Source of the DNA: Phoronis australis
Taxonomy: Eukaryota > Animalia > Phoronida
DNA length: 64,000 nucleotides
Assembly: GCA_002633005.1 (NCBI GenBank)
Contig: NMRA01000002.1
Location: 388,044-452,043 of the forward strand
Reading direction: 5' to 3'
In this document: piece after piece, positions 62,497 to 64,000 of the stretch
Layout of the letters: each line of letters begins with the position of its first letter
Position numbering within the stretch: the stretch's first letter is position 1
Position numbers and translations under genes: made by a program
Notes under the pieces: model-generated
Seen by the model: only the letters and a program-made list of their open reading frames with translations
Databases searched by the model: none
What the model was told of the DNA's origin: nothing

Positions 62497-62940
62497 TTAT
62501 GTAAGACCTTACTGACAAGTTAGCATATTCAGCAAAATATCTTAACTTCATAAAGCATATATTTTCCGAAAGTAAAAAAACCCTGTAGAATTAGATTTTT
62601 TCTTTTTACCAATGTGTCCTTTTTTCTTAAATTTAGCTAATAAAGGTACATTGATCGCGAAACAATGGTATCAGTAACATAGTCAGATTTTATTTTACAT
62701 AAATGTCCAAGATGAGCTCTACAAAATGCTAGTAGTTATCTTAAATATCATTTCATTTTCTATTATTTGATGACCCTCGTGCAAAAGTGGGTCATTCAAA
62801 AACTATTCTATCATCATTTTAGAGAACAGTGTATAACTCAGTATGTGGTCTTCATATGAATCCGACCGGCCATTTCTGAAATCTGATGTAGCGAAGTTAG
62901 CCAAATTTGGACGTTTCTCTAGGATCCTACATCAGGTTAA
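62497..62940. mobile_element. TTAA-flanked family copy, colinear with 10761-11270
   Basis: ttatgtaagacctt ... gccaaatttggacgtttctctaggatcctacatcagg|ttaa. Confidence 0.65.
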
Positions 62941-64000
62941 GATGAAACAGAGCCAGAGTGCACAGGTGAAATGTGACGCGTATACCAGTGGCATTTTTAT
63001 ATTGCACGTGTTGGAAGAAATATTCCACTATGAAAACCTGCCGATTTAAGGAAAACCCTCGGATGTGCTATCAGAACTGAGCCGTCCATTACAATCAGAA
63101 TTGCCATTCAATGTTTTCCACTATTGCTCTTTGTCAAAAATGAAGTTATAATTACTCTCTGTAGGTAATATTCTGGCACATTTGTTTAGTAGTTGCAGGG
63201 CTCCAAGAGCTTAATTATTCTACGTACCATATCCTCACGGGTACAGGCCTGGGGCTTATAAAGTGTGATTTACTAAAAATGGGATCATCTTGTACAATAA
63301 AATCTCCCCAATTTCTTTAAAAAATGATTGGCAAAAATATTTTTTTCATTTTTCAAAGGTCACCCACACTTGTGAATATTCACAATTTCTCAAGAAAACA
63401 TTGACTGATGATAGTTGTGGTACCGAAACATTTATTTGGTTTTACTGGTCTTTTATGAAAAAAATTCCATATTGCCCGCAAAATTAACAAGATTTTACTT
63501 TACCTTAGCAGACCGTGGGTTGGAATTTGCCCAGAAGCCCTTGATGTAAAACTTTACATGGACAATTAATGAAATCTCTGCAATTGCTGTTAAAACCACC
63601 TGACTACTGAAAGGTAGACCAGTTATCATGAACGACAGTCCATCAGCAAATCAGTCCTTCCACATTGAACTATTTGTCATACATGTAGGTTATATAGCTA
63701 ATCAAGAGGTCCTGCATTCTGAGAACCAGTTTGATGATAGATATTCAGTTGAGAAACTGGTTCTCGTATTGCAGTACTCCCTGTAGTGACGATTTCCAGT
63801 TATACATTATGGAGTAGTGACACTGCACCTTGTATTTCAGCTTACAGAGGAAAAATGAGGAAAACTTGGGTTGGGTCAACACATGCAGAAATAACTAAAT
63901 CGGTTATAGATTCGCACCACACTGAATAGTGCCCGCCACATACTGTGCTGCCATCTACCATCAATTATTTGTTTTGACACTGGTTCAAAAAAGCTAGAAG

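Noticed and set aside
63841-63930. Acceptor-like tgtatttcag as a possible further LMTK exon
   Set aside because: All three frames stop within 30 codons and show no LMTK motif.

Overview
Eukaryotic, intron-rich, AT-rich animal DNA (probably an invertebrate; the species cannot be fixed from sequence alone). Most short ORFs in the supplied track are noise. Three spliced genes can be reconstructed by hand. (1) The last exons of an unidentified + strand gene ending in a PDZ-type tail (STEL*, stop at 3237-3239). (2) A complete 13-exon cytohesin Arf-GEF on the - strand (42037->9777, 395 aa, coiled-coil + Sec7 + PH + polybasic tail). (3) A lemur-tail/AATYK (LMTK) kinase on the + strand, head-to-head with cytohesin (46278->59700, 564 aa if the stop at 59700 is used). 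The introns carry non-autonomous DNA transposons (a hAT-like 2.6 kb element with a 5-bp TSD, Harbinger-like MITEs, a TTAA-flanked family) and minisatellites. Two near-identical tandem duplications each abut a single N and are probably haplotype assembly artefacts. The most notable signal lies in the 7.7 kb intron at the position of the vertebrate 3-nt glycine microexon of the cytohesin PH domain. It holds a strong 15-nt microexon candidate plus several other frame-preserving mini-exon candidates, suggesting an expanded splice switch for the phosphoinositide-binding loop.
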